From Eledone cirrhosa (Eukaryota): a stretch of 64,000 bases of DNA. The notes beneath the pieces are model-generated. The model ran no database searches. It was not told the origin of the DNA and was given only the letters and a program-made list of their open reading frames with translations. Position numbers and translations under genes: made by a program. Location: assembly GCA_964016885.1 (NCBI GenBank), contig OZ024742.1, positions 124,124,001 to 124,188,000 of the forward strand, read 5' to 3'. Shown piece by piece: positions 37,106-50,268 of the stretch. Positions within the stretch are counted from its first letter, which is position 1. Every line of letters begins with the position of its first letter.

Positions 37106-39235
37106 TTATGGAGGATAAGTATCTGAAAGTGTGTTAAGTTGATATGAGCTGGAAAGCAGGTGTGATTTCATGTGTGGGCAACTGGTGAAAATGTCCGTCT
37201 TTGTGTTCAGGCAGGTCTTTGGTAATTTTAGATTTTGCAATATCCAATATTTTTCATTTATGCAGAGCGTGCATTTTCTTGTTCCTCTAGCATATTCTTT
37301 AGATTGGTTCAAAATTGACCAATCTAATTTATATTGGATGCCTTGGTCTTTCAAATCCCAAATTCTGCTAGCCAGAGTTGTTGTATATCTTTTTTCTAGA
37401 TGTCGAAAGGATGCGACATGTGAGTAATAACGCGTTTTGAATTTGTCTTGCGTCATACCCACATATCGTTCACTGGTGGCTGGATGGTTGTTGTTGATGG
37501 TTGTCACTTTAGCCGCATATACAATGGCTTTGGTGTTGCATTTACCTTGTAATGGGCATTCACTTTTGATTCTACAGGAGCAAGTTTGATTTTCTCTAGG
37601 TGATATTTTGTTGAGGATATAGGACTTAATAGGGGGACCGCAGGAACAGCTAATTTTGACACAGTTTCTGTTAAATATCTTATAGTATCTATGTGTTCTA
37701 GGGAAATGTTTATCTAGGAGCTCAATTAATTTTTTGCCTACATTAGTTTTAACTGCTAGAGAGTAGGGGGGTGTGAACCAGATTATTTTTCTTTTCCTGT
37801 TTTTATGTTTAATAGGGTTAGTATAGTTAGGGATGTATTTAATCGGTTCGCTAAAACCGCTATTTTGGAGGGCTTTATTATAGTAGGGGGATGCCTTATT
37901 AAAAATAGCTTCTGAGGAAGAGAGGGTGGAGATCCTATTAGGGATAAGGTTTTTAAAAACAATAGGTGGATGGCAAGATCCTTTATTTATATATTTTAAG
38001 TTTTCATTAGGTTTATGGTATGGTTTATAAGAAGCAGTAGGCAAATCTAGGTTTATATCTAGGAAATCTACGTTGGAAAGTTTAGTGTCAATAGTAATTT
38101 TAAGATTAAAACTAGTGAAGGTTTTTATTAAGTCTTTCCTTAATCTATCTAAGTTATGGCCTATGGTGGTATGGGAAAGTATTAGACCATCGTCGCGATA
38201 AAGCCCAAAAATATGGTTAGGAAATTTTTCTTTAAGTGTATGTAAGAGGAATAGGCCGACCAGAACACAAACATCAGCACTGTCGTAAGAGCCCATTGAG
38301 ACATCGAATGGGTTCTCTGGGTTAGATATTTTTACCCAAGTGTCATTATCATTAAAAAGTAGAGTGTTCCTAGCATGCAAGATGACATTCTCTTCCATAT
38401 CGGAGATATTAGTAAACCCTCTAGCGAAATTTAAAGCTTTCGCTAAAAAGGTCTGAGAAATAGATGGGTAGAAATCTACAATGTCAAATTGGGTGAATCT
38501 AGAACTGAATTTGTTTTTAATATTATTAAACCAATGTACTACGGAAGAACTATTTATCCATTGGAGTAATTTAGACTTACTTCTAATGTGTGTAATTAAT
38601 TTATTTAAAATTTTTTTGCTGGCAAGACCAATGTCAGTCTTAGCAGGGTTGATTAATCTACAACTAGGACGATTAATAAAGTCGGGTTTATGATCTTTAA
38701 GGGTGATATACGCAGAACGTTTAGCAAGTTTTTCTGTCCTATTATCTATTTTTAAAGAAACAGCTAATTCTTTAGCTTCCTTATTTATATTATGGTACGT
38801 ATTTATATTAGCTATTTGGTATTTAGAGGTGATATTATCTATTAATAGTTGGTCGTGTAAATTATTATTAACTTCATATAGGTTTTTAGTTTTATCGGAG
38901 AAGATGAGCTTATTATTAGAAGATTTGAAAGTTGAAATATCATTAGATAATTTAGATTGAAAGGGGTTAGAGTACTTACGAAAATTTATATTTTTGATTA
39001 GGTTAACTAGGTTTAATTCAAAGGCGGTCATATCTTTTACTCTTTGCGAGTATTTATGAGTTTTGATGTCAAAATGTTCCGTAGAATCCGTGTTAAATTG
39101 TCCATCGAGAATCAAAGCTTTCCATCTCATTCTTTTAACAACCTTCTCTACTTTGTCTATCAGTATTTTCGTGTAGAGAGTGTTAGAAGGTGTTGGGATA
39201 TTCTTTACAGAGTAGTCCAAAGGGTATCTATCCAT
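37106..39235 (-). CDS. Penelope-like polyprotein: reverse transcriptase plus C-terminal GIY-YIG endonuclease (709 aa)
   Basis: SDKT, RLINPAK, FDIVDFYPSI, MGSYD, YRDDGL, YHKP..CHPP, CSCx5CPL, IVY..YVGMT..FKTRY..H, CTLC, CPH. Confidence 0.93.
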   Translation of the reverse strand: MDRYPLDYSVKNIPTPSNTLYTKILIDKVEKVVKRMRWKALILDGQFNTDSTEHFDIKTHKYSQRVKDMTAFELNLVNLIKNINFRKYSNPFQSKLSNDISTFKSSNNKLIFSDKTKNLYEVNNNLHDQLLIDNITSKYQIANINTYHNINKEAKELAVSLKIDNRTEKLAKRSAYITLKDHKPDFINRPSCRLINPAKTDIGLASKKILNKLITHIRSKSKLLQWINSSSVVHWFNNIKNKFSSRFTQFDIVDFYPSISQTFLAKALNFARGFTNISDMEENVILHARNTLLFNDNDTWVKISNPENPFDVSMGSYDSADVCVLVGLFLLHTLKEKFPNHIFGLYRDDGLILSHTTIGHNLDRLRKDLIKTFTSFNLKITIDTKLSNVDFLDINLDLPTASYKPYHKPNENLKYINKGSCHPPIVFKNLIPNRISTLSSSEAIFNKASPYYNKALQNSGFSEPIKYIPNYTNPIKHKNRKRKIIWFTPPYSLAVKTNVGKKLIELLDKHFPRTHRYYKIFNRNCVKISCSCGPPIKSYILNKISPRENQTCSCRIKSECPLQGKCNTKAIVYAAKVTTINNNHPATSERYVGMTQDKFKTRYYSHVASFRHLEKRYTTTLASRIWDLKDQGIQYKLDWSILNQSKEYARGTRKCTLCINEKYWILQNLKLPKTCLNTKTDIFTSCPHMKSHLLSSSYQLNTLSDTYPP

Positions 39236-39455
39236 GCTCGGTATTGGTTTAAAATCCTATGACTGAAGAGTGCTCGACTTTAAAAGGGCTGGAAGGTGCC
39301 AATCTCATAAAGATGTAGAATATGCTGCGATCATTCCCGTGGGAGCTTTATAAGTATTGACATTTCCGTTGGAAACAGAAAAGGTCATAGAAGTGAAGAG
39401 TGCTCTATGTAAGTATCAGAGCAAAATTTAATGTATAAAAATCAATACAATATAA

Positions 39456-39531
39456 TTACCTCATTACCAGAGGTTTCCCGAATGAAGCGAATACGAAAGA
39501 AACGTCTTCATTCGTTCGTCAGACGAGGCAA
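39456..39531 (-). ncRNA. Type I hammerhead ribozyme in the upstream pLTR
   Basis: Identical to 35769-35844; predicted cut ~230 nt upstream of the ORF ATG. Confidence 0.88.
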
Positions 39532-40311
39532 TATAAAACATGGGTAAATACTTGGAATGTCTCGTGAAGAAAATCAAAAAAAATATAGACGAATGAATTA
39601 GAAATTGAAATATATAATAATCTATCAAGAAATATAGTTAGGTGTGTGTATATATATGTATATACGCTCACAGATGTGCATATATGTGTATACACACATG
39701 TATACGTATAGTGAAAAAGTGTGCGTAAATATAAAATTTAGGGCAAATGTATCTGTATGTCTGTAATCTACAGACAGAATTGATACATCATAAGAAATTG
39801 AATATGAAGGCGCGCGCATAAACACACCTACACACACGTACACTTAGATGCAGAAGTAAAAGAGGTAAGGCAGTGTAATAATTAAAGGAAAGTATCAATC
39901 TCGATATATTTATAAAAATGGAACAATAAAATAGAAAGAAAAAAGTTTTTAGAAAGAAAAAATTAAAGAAAAGAAGACAAAAAAGGGGTACATACATACA
40001 CACACACGCATATCTCACAAAAGAAACGCAAAAATATACATGCTTATATACACACGCACACTTACACATCCATACGTTCGATACGTACATACACACACAC
40101 ACAACACACATACTTACACTCACGCATATTGACCTGTTTGCATGCACACGCATAAAAATGAGTAAGTACAAAAAAGGGGGGGGGGGGAGATGAAAAAAGG
40201 AACAAAACATAAAACCTAGATGTCAAAACACGGATATAAAGACACATACACATACGCATAATATATACATACACACACACACATACATACATATATATAT
40301 ATAAACATATA

Positions 40312-40950
40312 TATGGTGGCTGCCAACTCGTTTTCGAGTACGGCCACTACTTTATATCCATGTAGGAGAACCCCTACCGATGCGCTGAACGAATGTGACT
40401 TTTTAGTCCAGCCAGCGACTTGAAAACTCTGGTACAAAGACTACACTTGTGACCATTATTGACACATAGTGCAGGGCCCATGGTACCATGTGATGACAAG
40501 TGCAGACATATCTCCAGATATAAAGCAATGCCTCTGCTGTGAAGCTTTTATAGTGAGCAAATACACTGCACAAAGCCAGTCACACTCTCTTAACCAAGAT
40601 GATATTTACCAAAAAGAAGAACAAGTCAACATCACTGGATACCATCAGGGTTGCAGGTGTTATATCAGAGTTTTCCTTCTCCTAGAATTCTGCCTTGACA
40701 AAGGCTAAGGGGTCATCTCCCCTGGTGATTTTGGATGGCTTTTGAGTCTTAAGAGCTCTCTTGCCCTTTGACAGGTTTTTGTTTTTAGTCCTGCAGGATG
40801 TCCAAAGTCACCCTCCGCACCAAGAAACCTTGGTGGGGTTGCCAGTTTAGTCGCCAACGACCCGACCATGAGACAGGTTGTACTGGGATACATCTTACCA
40901 GTAGCACCAACTGTACATACACGCACATGTTACCAGTAGCACCAACTATA
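40312..40950 (-). mobile_element. RTE-like LINE 3' fragment inserted in the PLE pLTR
   Basis: Interrupts the pLTR repeat; minus strand ends with the C2H2 finger CSLCTRVFKSLAGLKSHIRSAHR* and a short UTR. Confidence 0.6.
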
Positions 40951-41320
40951 TATACACACACGCGCGCGCACATACGTAGTCGCTCATGCACATATATAGA
41001 AAGTATACACACATTAAAGGCGTTCAGCCATATTGATACAGGGTGTAAAAAACTTGTGGATAAGTAAGTACAAATATAAAATTGTAAGATTGGCTGGGAA
41101 AAAATAAAAAAATAAAAATATAAAAATAAAAATGAAAAATATATCTGGATTGGAAAACACAAGTGACAATTTAACCAGTTAGTGAAGGAAAAGGGGAAGT
41201 AAAAAGGGGAAGTAAAAAATGGAAGGTGAATCGTAGAATAAAGGGGGGGGGGTATTGGTGGATGTGAAGTAAAAATAAAAATAAAAATAAAAATAAATGA
41301 AATTATTGATATATATATAT

Positions 41321-41682
41321 ATCAACTAGGAATAGATTGCCATATATATATATAAAATAAACATATGGAACAATCACAGGGAATAATTTGTAAAGTATGT
41401 AAGCAGACACGGTTAGGTAGGTAACTGCAGTGGATATGGCGCATGTCTCTCAGACATTACAACCCTTAATTTAATTGTGATTACCTACCTAGCTATGTGT
41501 GCTTACATACTTTACAAATTATACCCTGTGATTGATCCATATGTTTATTTTCTATATATATATGTCAATCTATTTCTAGTTGATATTGAAATGCTCGGAT
41601 CTATTCATTGGAATATTTGAGCTTATTCTGTAGTGGATATGGCGCATGTCTTTCAGACGTGACAACCCTTAATTTAATTTTG
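41321..41682. repeat. Inverted repeat (~100-bp arms, 41321-41586) whose spacer is directly repeated at ~41628-41682
   Basis: caactaggaatagattg..taggtaggtaa / ttacctaccta..caatctatttctagttg; gtggatatggcgcatgtct occurs twice; (TA)n flanks. Confidence 0.85.
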
Positions 41683-41688
41683 TATATA

Positions 41689-41759
<71 letters not shown>

Positions 41760-42583
41760 GTGAAAAATCAGAAGGTTTAGAGCATTCAACACAAAAATCG
41801 AGTTAACTCCACAATAATTGCCCAACCATATTTGAGAAAAATGTGTTTCACCCATATAGGATTTTCAACCAATGGTTGTAACGCGGGAGGTAACGTTAAT
41901 TATACTGATGCGGGGGAGATAAGTTTTGAAGAACGATATTTTGTGATAGTTTTCCTCTGGATAACGTCAATCGTCTCTTTATCCTAGGTCCTTCCAGCTA
42001 TGGATCAGTATATAGAAGTGAGAGGGCAGCGGTTGAAAATATCGGCCCATGCTTTAAGGCAAGCATCGCTGCATAACCTTTGCAAGATATTTGACTCTTG
42101 CCTCCCACTTACGGTATTTAAAAGCTTTTAGAATACATCATACTAGGATTTCAAATATTTCCTCTAACAGTCACTCAAGCAAGTCTTTCCGCTCGTAATT
42201 TCAACAGAAGGCAATATCGCATCATGGAAATGTTAACCTGTTAAGTAAATAGTTGAATGCTTCGATGTGTTAAAAGAGAAATCATTGATCATTTCCAGGT
42301 GAAAATATTGGACAAACCCAAATATTTTAGTAATCGGGAATATATAGATCATGTCAGAGAGTTTTCCATAGCACGCGAATGCAAACTAAGCAAAAAACTC
42401 ATTCAAGATAATTTAGTTGAATGTTTGAACTTCAATTTATGGAGAACCTATTGAAATATGGGATTTCAATTCCTTCTTGTAGACTAAATATCATACAACT
42501 TGAATTGGATTTTTGAGAACTTATATATATTCTGGGTGTTTCTAAAATGTTAGCCGTAAATAGAACAGAACACTAGTAGATTA

Positions 42584-44300
42584 CACCGTAACAAAAACAA
42601 GTTTTTTCTGTTCCTGGCTGGTAATCACTTTTTTGTGTTGCTTAGATCCCAAATAAATTTAAAAAAGTGCTATTAAGCAGTTAGAAGTGTTGGTTTGTAA
42701 ACATTCTAAGCTATTCACTAAAATGATGTGTATGCTGGAGTTTACGTTGTATGTAATTTTAATTTGCTTATGTTAAATGATTTTAACATAACCTGTTTCA
42801 GGTTAAATTAAAATTATAAAATAAAGAGTAATACCTAAAGAAAATTATAAAAGTGCAATAAAGTATAAAATTGTTAAAAAGTGGATAAAAGAGATTTATT
42901 GTTACTGGACTTTCGCACCCTGAATAAAGGGTTAGTTGTGTTTTAAGCATTCGCCTCCAGGATGAAGCAGTGGAACTTGGTCAAGGGGGAAGTGCAGGTG
43001 ACAAGTCAGAGAAGTCGACACGAATCTTTCTCAGGCTTTTCCACTCTTAGGGATGGCCTCTGCTTCTGCCATGACGTGCCTGGACTGTTTGACGTTATTG
43101 GTGTGCCGTTTGTGCCCAAGGAGTGGCGGCTATTTATAGACAGCTCCACCACATGTTTGAAGTCTTTTCTCCTCTACAATAGAAACAAGTTCCTGACACT
43201 GCCCCTAGCTCATTCAGTCTGCCTGAAGGAAGATTACTACAGTGTGAAAGTCCTCTTGGAAGCTCTGCAATACAACCAGTACAATTGGGAAATCATTGGA
43301 TACTTCAAGCTGGTGGCTTTCCTCCTTGGACTCCAACGAGGCTTTATCAAATTCCAATGCTTCCTCTGCCTTTGGGACAGCAGAGCCACCTCTGACCACT
43401 ACAAAAGAAAGAACTGGGAGCAGCTAACAGAATTTGTAGTTGGGACCCGGAACGTCATGTGGGACCACTGGTTGATCCCAGGATTGTGCTCCTGTCGCCA
43501 CTGCACATTAAGTTGGGGTTGATGAAGCAGTTTGTGAAGGCTCTCAACCAAGAATCAGACGCTTTTAAGTACCTTCTTGAGTTCTTCCCCAAGTTATCTG
43601 AGGCCAAAATCAAAGGTGGAATTTTTGTTGGACCTCAGATAAAGAAGGTGTTTGAGTTTACCGAGTTCTCCAATAAGCTCAATAGGATTGAGAGAACAGC
43701 ATGGAACTGTTAAGGGCTTCCTGGGCAACTACAGAGCTGAAAACTACCAGCAACTGGTGCAGGATCTGATAAAGGCTTTTGGCGCCATGGGATCCAGGAT
43801 GTCGCTTAAACTCCATATGCTGGACGCTCACCTGGAAACATTCAAGGACAATATGAGCGCCTACTCAGAAGAACAGGGCGAACGATTCCACCAAGATGTG
43901 AAAGAGATGGAGCGGAGGTACCAGGGCCACTAAAATGAATACATGATGGGGACTATATCTGGGTGCTAGTGCGGGAATGCGACCCTGACTACAACCGCAA
44001 ATCCAGGAAATCCAGTCATTTCCGACGTTGCTTTATAAGTGTTATTTGTTTTTACTTGTTTGCTTTTGATAAGCTTGTGTGATAAAATAAATATATACTC
44101 TGTTGATTTAATTATATGAAGTGATACATTTTTCAAAAATGTGTTTTTTCTTGAAGAATATGAACATTTCGAAATATCAAACTCCTGACGACAAAACCAA
44201 ACTTCTGATTAAATAATAGTGTTATTTTTATAATAATGGGATACAACAAACCATGAAATGACACTTAGAACCGAGGAATAAAAAAATATGTTACCCGGTC
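42584..44300 (+). mobile_element. Chapaev3-like (CMC) DNA transposon with a truncated, frameshifted transposase
   Basis: WRLFIDSS, CFLCLWDSR, PLHIKLGLMKQFVKAL, GIFVGPQI, FLGN, SEEQGERFHQD across 42962-43933; imperfect TIR-like ends caccgtaacaaaaa..ttcctgg / gaggaataaaaaaatatgttacccggtc. Confidence 0.75.
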
Positions 44301-44689
44301 TTATTAGGAGAAAAGAAAGAAAAATGTGTGAGATTGTAATTTTCTGGATTGAATGTTTTCTGCTCGCAATAATCAGGTGCAGTATCGCAGTTACTGGTGG
44401 CGAGCCTAGTTGATTGGAAAGGGATATTTTCAGGAGATAGATTGCGTGCAGCGTGAAGGTAAATGCAATGTGTGTAACGAATATTGAAAGTTTCTCTATG
44501 GGCGTACTTCTTACGGAATCATATGTAAGTAAATGCTGGAAAGGAAATTTCTAAAAATTTAGTAGAAATGGTATTTATGTGTCTATGAAGCTGTAACACT
44601 GTGAAATTATGGAGGCGCCGTGATGATATGTAGCCTTTCTTGGGCCTTTTGCAACTAGCGAAGGCCATCCCTCTCCAAGTCTAAATACA

Positions 44690-44885
44690 GTCGATTTGTT
44701 CCAGAAAAGGAGAAGTGGGAAAGAGACATGGATGAAGTATCGACCCCTGTACTGAACTGGCACTCTATCTATCGATTTCGAAACGACGAAAGCCAGCGGT
44801 GACCTTAGCCGTTTTTAAACTTGGAGAATCTACAAGAGCGTATATTGGAAAGCCTTATATCCGACGTCCAAATAGCTTTGCCAAT
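44690..44885 (-). mobile_element. Old SINE (family A-related)
   Basis: Degenerate atcgacccc..tactgaactggcact..atcga core. Confidence 0.5.
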
Positions 44886-47800
44886 TTGACAACTTTCATG
44901 GGAAGATATATAATACACGGTGCAAGAATCAGGTGACGGATTTTACTTCTGTCTTTCCTACAAATATACTAGTCAGGACTTGTGTATCAATCACGATCTA
45001 TTGGAAACAGTTAAGCGGAAAATGGATTTGATCCTATCAGGCATGCCCATTCATATTATCCACTGAGTCATCAAATTATTTCTATTTTTGAAAAGCCACT
45101 TAAAGCAGGATTACTGTTTCAACGTCGCGCACCGTCTACAAAATAATCTTCAGAATAGTGAAAGATATCTGCATACAATGTACAGCCTTTATGACTTCCT
45201 ATCTCTCAAAATAATTCGTATATTTTTTATCCCTGGTGAAGATGTTCTCAACCAAATTTTTCAAAAAAACCGCTGACGTATTGTATTTCCCTAATAACGA
45301 CTGCAGCTTTTTTGGAAACATGATATATTAAACGCATTAAAACGTATATTGGCGCTTAGGGATAGTGTACAATTTCTATTTAATTTTTACTATTTTTTGT
45401 GAACACACGTAACACACCATAGAACTATTTGTGGCATTTATGTATGTATTTCAATTCTATATCGCCAGAAATTCTACGCGTCATCTAAAACTATCTAATG
45501 CACCACTCACATTATTTGACATTGAACATCGCCTATGTTTATGTAGTTTTAACTGAAAACCGCTTTAACACATTTAGCTATTTCAGTCACATTTACTGTT
45601 GAATGCTTTTTTTTGGCATTCTTTATTGTTTTCAGTGTTATACCTATGGCATTTATTCTTTGATATTCATTTTACTAAACCACAAAACTGAATATTATTT
45701 CTTCATTCACAAAACTATAGACTATATTCGAGAACGTGGTCACGATCTAACGTTGTCACATTGCTCATGTCTCCAGAAAACATTAATTTTCTCTCTCACA
45801 TTGTTCTTACTTTTATCACGATTCAAACTGTTGGCTTACATATTTCAGTATAACATTTATCTTCACTTTGCTTTCGTATCTTGTGGCTGGATCCTTTGAA
45901 ATTCAATATCTTTCACGTTCGTGGTTGTCACATATATCAATTAAATATATAGTTCTTTCAACTGATATTTTGAATATTGGTATGTTCGTTGATGTTTGGT
46001 CAAAAGCTCTCCGAAATGTCTTCACAATTTATTGAAACATATTTAAAATATTTGTGTATGTTATAGAGTGTAGCACCTTGTTTAATATATAAAACTATTA
46101 GTAAATCTAAATCTGTATCACACGAATGCGAATATTTGCATTTATGTAATATATGTGCATTGTTTTGGTCGGCTGTAATTAACACGTTAAGATTATATTG
46201 TTATGATTTTATTCAACTGATTTAACCATCTGGTAGTATTGAACTTTTCAACATATATATATACTGTTGACAGAAACGTATATTAAGTATTCTGTACATT
46301 TATATTCGAATATAGAGCTACACAGTGAACTTAATGACAGCCCACACTAACTTTCACACCCACATCAGTTTGCATACTTCCACGTAGACAAGAATGCATA
46401 ACATAAGCAATAAATAAAAACAGAATAATGCGCAAAACTTCATATATCAATATTGAAGTTATTGGCTTGTATTTTATCGGCTCTATGGGAACGTGATTAT
46501 AAGAATTAATACAGCAAGATTAGAGCATTTACCTGAATATAAATGCGTTAGAAACTTAGACATTTTTGTGTTGTTTGGATGTGTTAAATTATTATATATA
46601 TCAATGCTAAACACCTTTCACCCACTATGCTACCGAATTATAACAGATCACAAGTAAAAATTGTAACCGTAGCCACACATCAACAATGAGATATAGACTG
46701 TAAAGTTTATCTGTTCTCCAATTAGTAAACCTGTAACACCAATATCATTTCTGCTTACGGCAGAAACGACGTTTCACTTCTGATTGTATATTTATCACAA
46801 ACTTAATATCTAATGTCATTTATTAATGATATATTGACATCAGTTAAAGACTAAGAGATTTAAACAAAAACATTTTAAACTAATGAGAACATAGAAATTT
46901 ATTTGTAAAGGTGGTGCAATCTGAGTATTAAGTACACAGTAGCAGAGAGATAAAGTTTATTTATGCTAAAATTGTGTATGTGCTGTAGTTACACATTAAT
47001 ACGTTCGTTTACGTTTTTGTTCAACGATTAAAATATACTTATATATGAAATGTATTTGTCTATACAATTTGTAATTTAAGTCTTTATCCCATTGGGACTT
47101 TTTCCTATATACAATCTTTTAAATGTTTACACAGGTATTTTCAACATCAACGAATATTCTCTATAAAATCATATCACATTGCTGTGTCTTCGGTTACAAT
47201 AATGAAATATATATATGTAAAATTATCAAGTAGCAGTAGAAAGTAAATTGCACTGACAATCTGAAACTAAATAAAAATGCTGTAACATACTTTGTGTTGA
47301 ATGATATTACCGTTATAAAACTCTTCTAATATATCATCTTTTAATCTGTTAGTACTTGTTATTTAATTCTGCTACCACTGCCACCATCAGCATATTTAAC
47401 AGAAATACTGCTTTCTTTTAGACAAAAATCAATACTAAAAAGTAAGGATATAAAACAACTAATTAAATTGTTCTGTAAGATGAAAATATTTAAACACTTT
47501 CAAAAGTAAGTAAATATTTTGCACCAATATTTATTGAAATATTAATGGAAAAAACACTTAATGCATAGGTAAATATATTTAAATATATTTTATTCAGCAA
47601 TATCAGTCACCACAGACGTCCTTGTCAATTAATTGATTTGTAATTTAAGGTTTCAAATATATATTTTTTTCAATTCATTTAATTTTTTTTGCTAGTTTAC
47701 AAATCATTATAATGTGTTTATAAATATTTTAAAAGATTTGTGTAAGCATTTCACATTTCAAGAGTTTAGATTTTGAAGTATTTAATTTTGTCTTAATCAG

Positions 47801-48703
47801 ACAGTTATATAATGCTTACTTATTTAGCAAAAGGCCACACAGTATAAACGTACACACACACAAACACACCCTCACACACACACATATATACATAAATATA
47901 TAGATACATACAAACATACATACATACATTCATATATTCATTTTATGAATGTTAAATTGTGAGTTTGTAATGACAGGATTAAGATACACACATTTGTTTT
48001 ACATCGAAAGAAGAAAGGAAAGGGTTAATATTGTAAATGTATACACACATGTACAACAAAGCTGAACACAGAGGAACCACACTCCCACTGTCATGCCTTC
48101 CGTCTCTCTCGCATTCCATATATCTCACTATTATAAGCACATGGTCTCCCATGCACTGGTTGCATCAGAGGACAGAATGGAGAAGGCATTTCCCCGGAAG
48201 ATAGTGAGGGAGATGCGCTGAAAGAGCCATTCCAGCTTGCGTGGTTCACACCCGTGGCTAGCCAGCTCCACACACATATGGTGGTGAGTAGGGAAGAGAG
48301 CGACCAATAATGGAGAATCGCCTTTTTATCACAGGTTATCAGAAAATGTCTAACATTTAATAGCGGAGACAGTAGAAGGTAAATGGGGCTGGGACAGTAA
48401 GTTAAGCGGGGTTGGGTTAATTGATGAGGGCGGATTAAGATATAGTGGACAAGATTTAAATATTTTAAAATATTTAAAGCTGTTAAGTTGAAATCGATGA
48501 ATTAGGTCAGTGATGATAGGATACAAATATGATAAATATCTAAAAGGTGATGAGGGTGAGGGGGGCTGTTTAAGGCGTAGTAAAGAATAAGAGGGAAAGA
48601 CTGGTGAGATTGGCAGAATATAACCTTAATATAGTGAATATTTAAATCCTACTTCAGTATTGAGTACGCTTTTCTCTCGACTAAAGTGCATACGGATAGA
48701 GAC

Positions 48704-48744
<41 letters not shown>

Positions 48745-48930
48745 TTATATATATATAAAGAGATATTTATTTAATAATGTCTCATATAAAATAATACAAC
48801 CAGCTATCCACGAAATACTGATTAGTTAGTACCCCAAACACTAAATTGGGATAATACTTAAGTATATCCTAATGTTTGTTGAATGAGATGGAGTTGGTCG
48901 GAGTATCGCTTAAGGCTTTCTCTGTTTATG

Positions 48931-48996
<66 letters not shown>

Positions 48997-49309
48997 TCAG
49001 TCGACCGATAGAGTTACCTTGTTTCAGAACTTAAAGAACGGTACAACTGGCTCCAGTGCACAAGGAGGTGTAACAAATGGACAATGGATAAGTCGATATG
49101 CTTATCGACTATTTACAAATAAGGGAACATTTCCCATTAACACTTGTGTTGCAACTAAAAAGATATAGACGGGGCCCAATATAATGCTTAGCGAAGAAGT
49201 AGGATATGTGAAAGTGAAGATGGCAATACATACGCAGATGTTAACAAAATTATTTTCCATTTGTTGGGAGGTTAAGTCCTAAAAAGACAGACACAACGAG
49301 TAGAGAGAA

Positions 49310-49340
<31 letters not shown>

Positions 49341-49909
49341 AAGAGAGAGACAGAGAAAGAGAGAGAGAGGGGGAGATAGAGAGGGAGAGAGAGAGAGAAT
49401 ACATGAGGAAAGACAGACACACCTTGACTACTGAATAATAACAATCAGACATGAATGGCCACTATCTATATTCACAAAACCATAACACTGCCATGTTTTG
49501 GCACGTAAGTACCACCAAATTCGGTGCATAATCATGTTCACGTGATCAATCTCAGCCTATAAAATTATATTTTCAACAGATATAAATTTGTCCAAACTTT
49601 CCGCATAAAACTGAAAAAACCATAGCAGTCCGATTTTAGGCGCGAAATTACCACAAATTTAGATGCCTAATCACGTGATCTTCTTTAACATATAGATTCG
49701 ATTTCAAATTTGAGCCAAAACATTTTTCATAAAACGGAAATAGATTCCCAATATCAATTAGATGCAAGCTACAAGACGGCATAGCAAATACCGCTCAATC
49801 TCTTTTACCGCTTGCAATTCATGAAACTTGTGAAATTAGTAAAGTTATATATTATTGTAAATAAATCTTCTGAAAAACACCAATTAAATGTTCTACTTCT
49901 TTTACATAT

Positions 49910-49947
<38 letters not shown>

Positions 49948-50209
49948 ATAAAAGGAATTCCAACTTTGTCTGATTTACTCGTTTTATTTACAATCCTTTC
50001 AAATTTATAATGGTATTAGAATAAAATAGTATTGTAGAATAGTAAATAAATGTTAAGTGTTAATTGAACAAGTTCTTTCATGCTTTCGCAATCTTCAGGT
50101 TTCCATTGTGTGGTGACAGTGAAGTTTGCATGCAAACGAGTAAATCAGACAAAGTTGGAATTCCTTTTATTAATTAAATCTTCTATACACAATCATACAC
50201 ACCCGTGTA

Positions 50210-50268
<59 letters not shown>

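Larger units (their letters stand above)
35742..41307 (-). mobile_element. Penelope-like retroelement with direct pseudo-LTRs (35742-~37050 and 39429-~41307, the latter interrupted)
   Basis: Long direct repeats offset by 3687 bp bracket an RT-GIY-YIG ORF; both outer ends abut (TA)n. Confidence 0.92.

Noticed and set aside
48091-49020. Possible hammerhead remnants (CTGATGC.. at ~48165 and CTGATGA abutting (TA)n at ~48995, minus strand)
   Set aside because: Core incomplete or truncated; cannot be supported without a family consensus
49475-49745. Degenerate ~140-bp two-copy repeat
   Set aside because: Too diverged to assign; no termini or coding evidence
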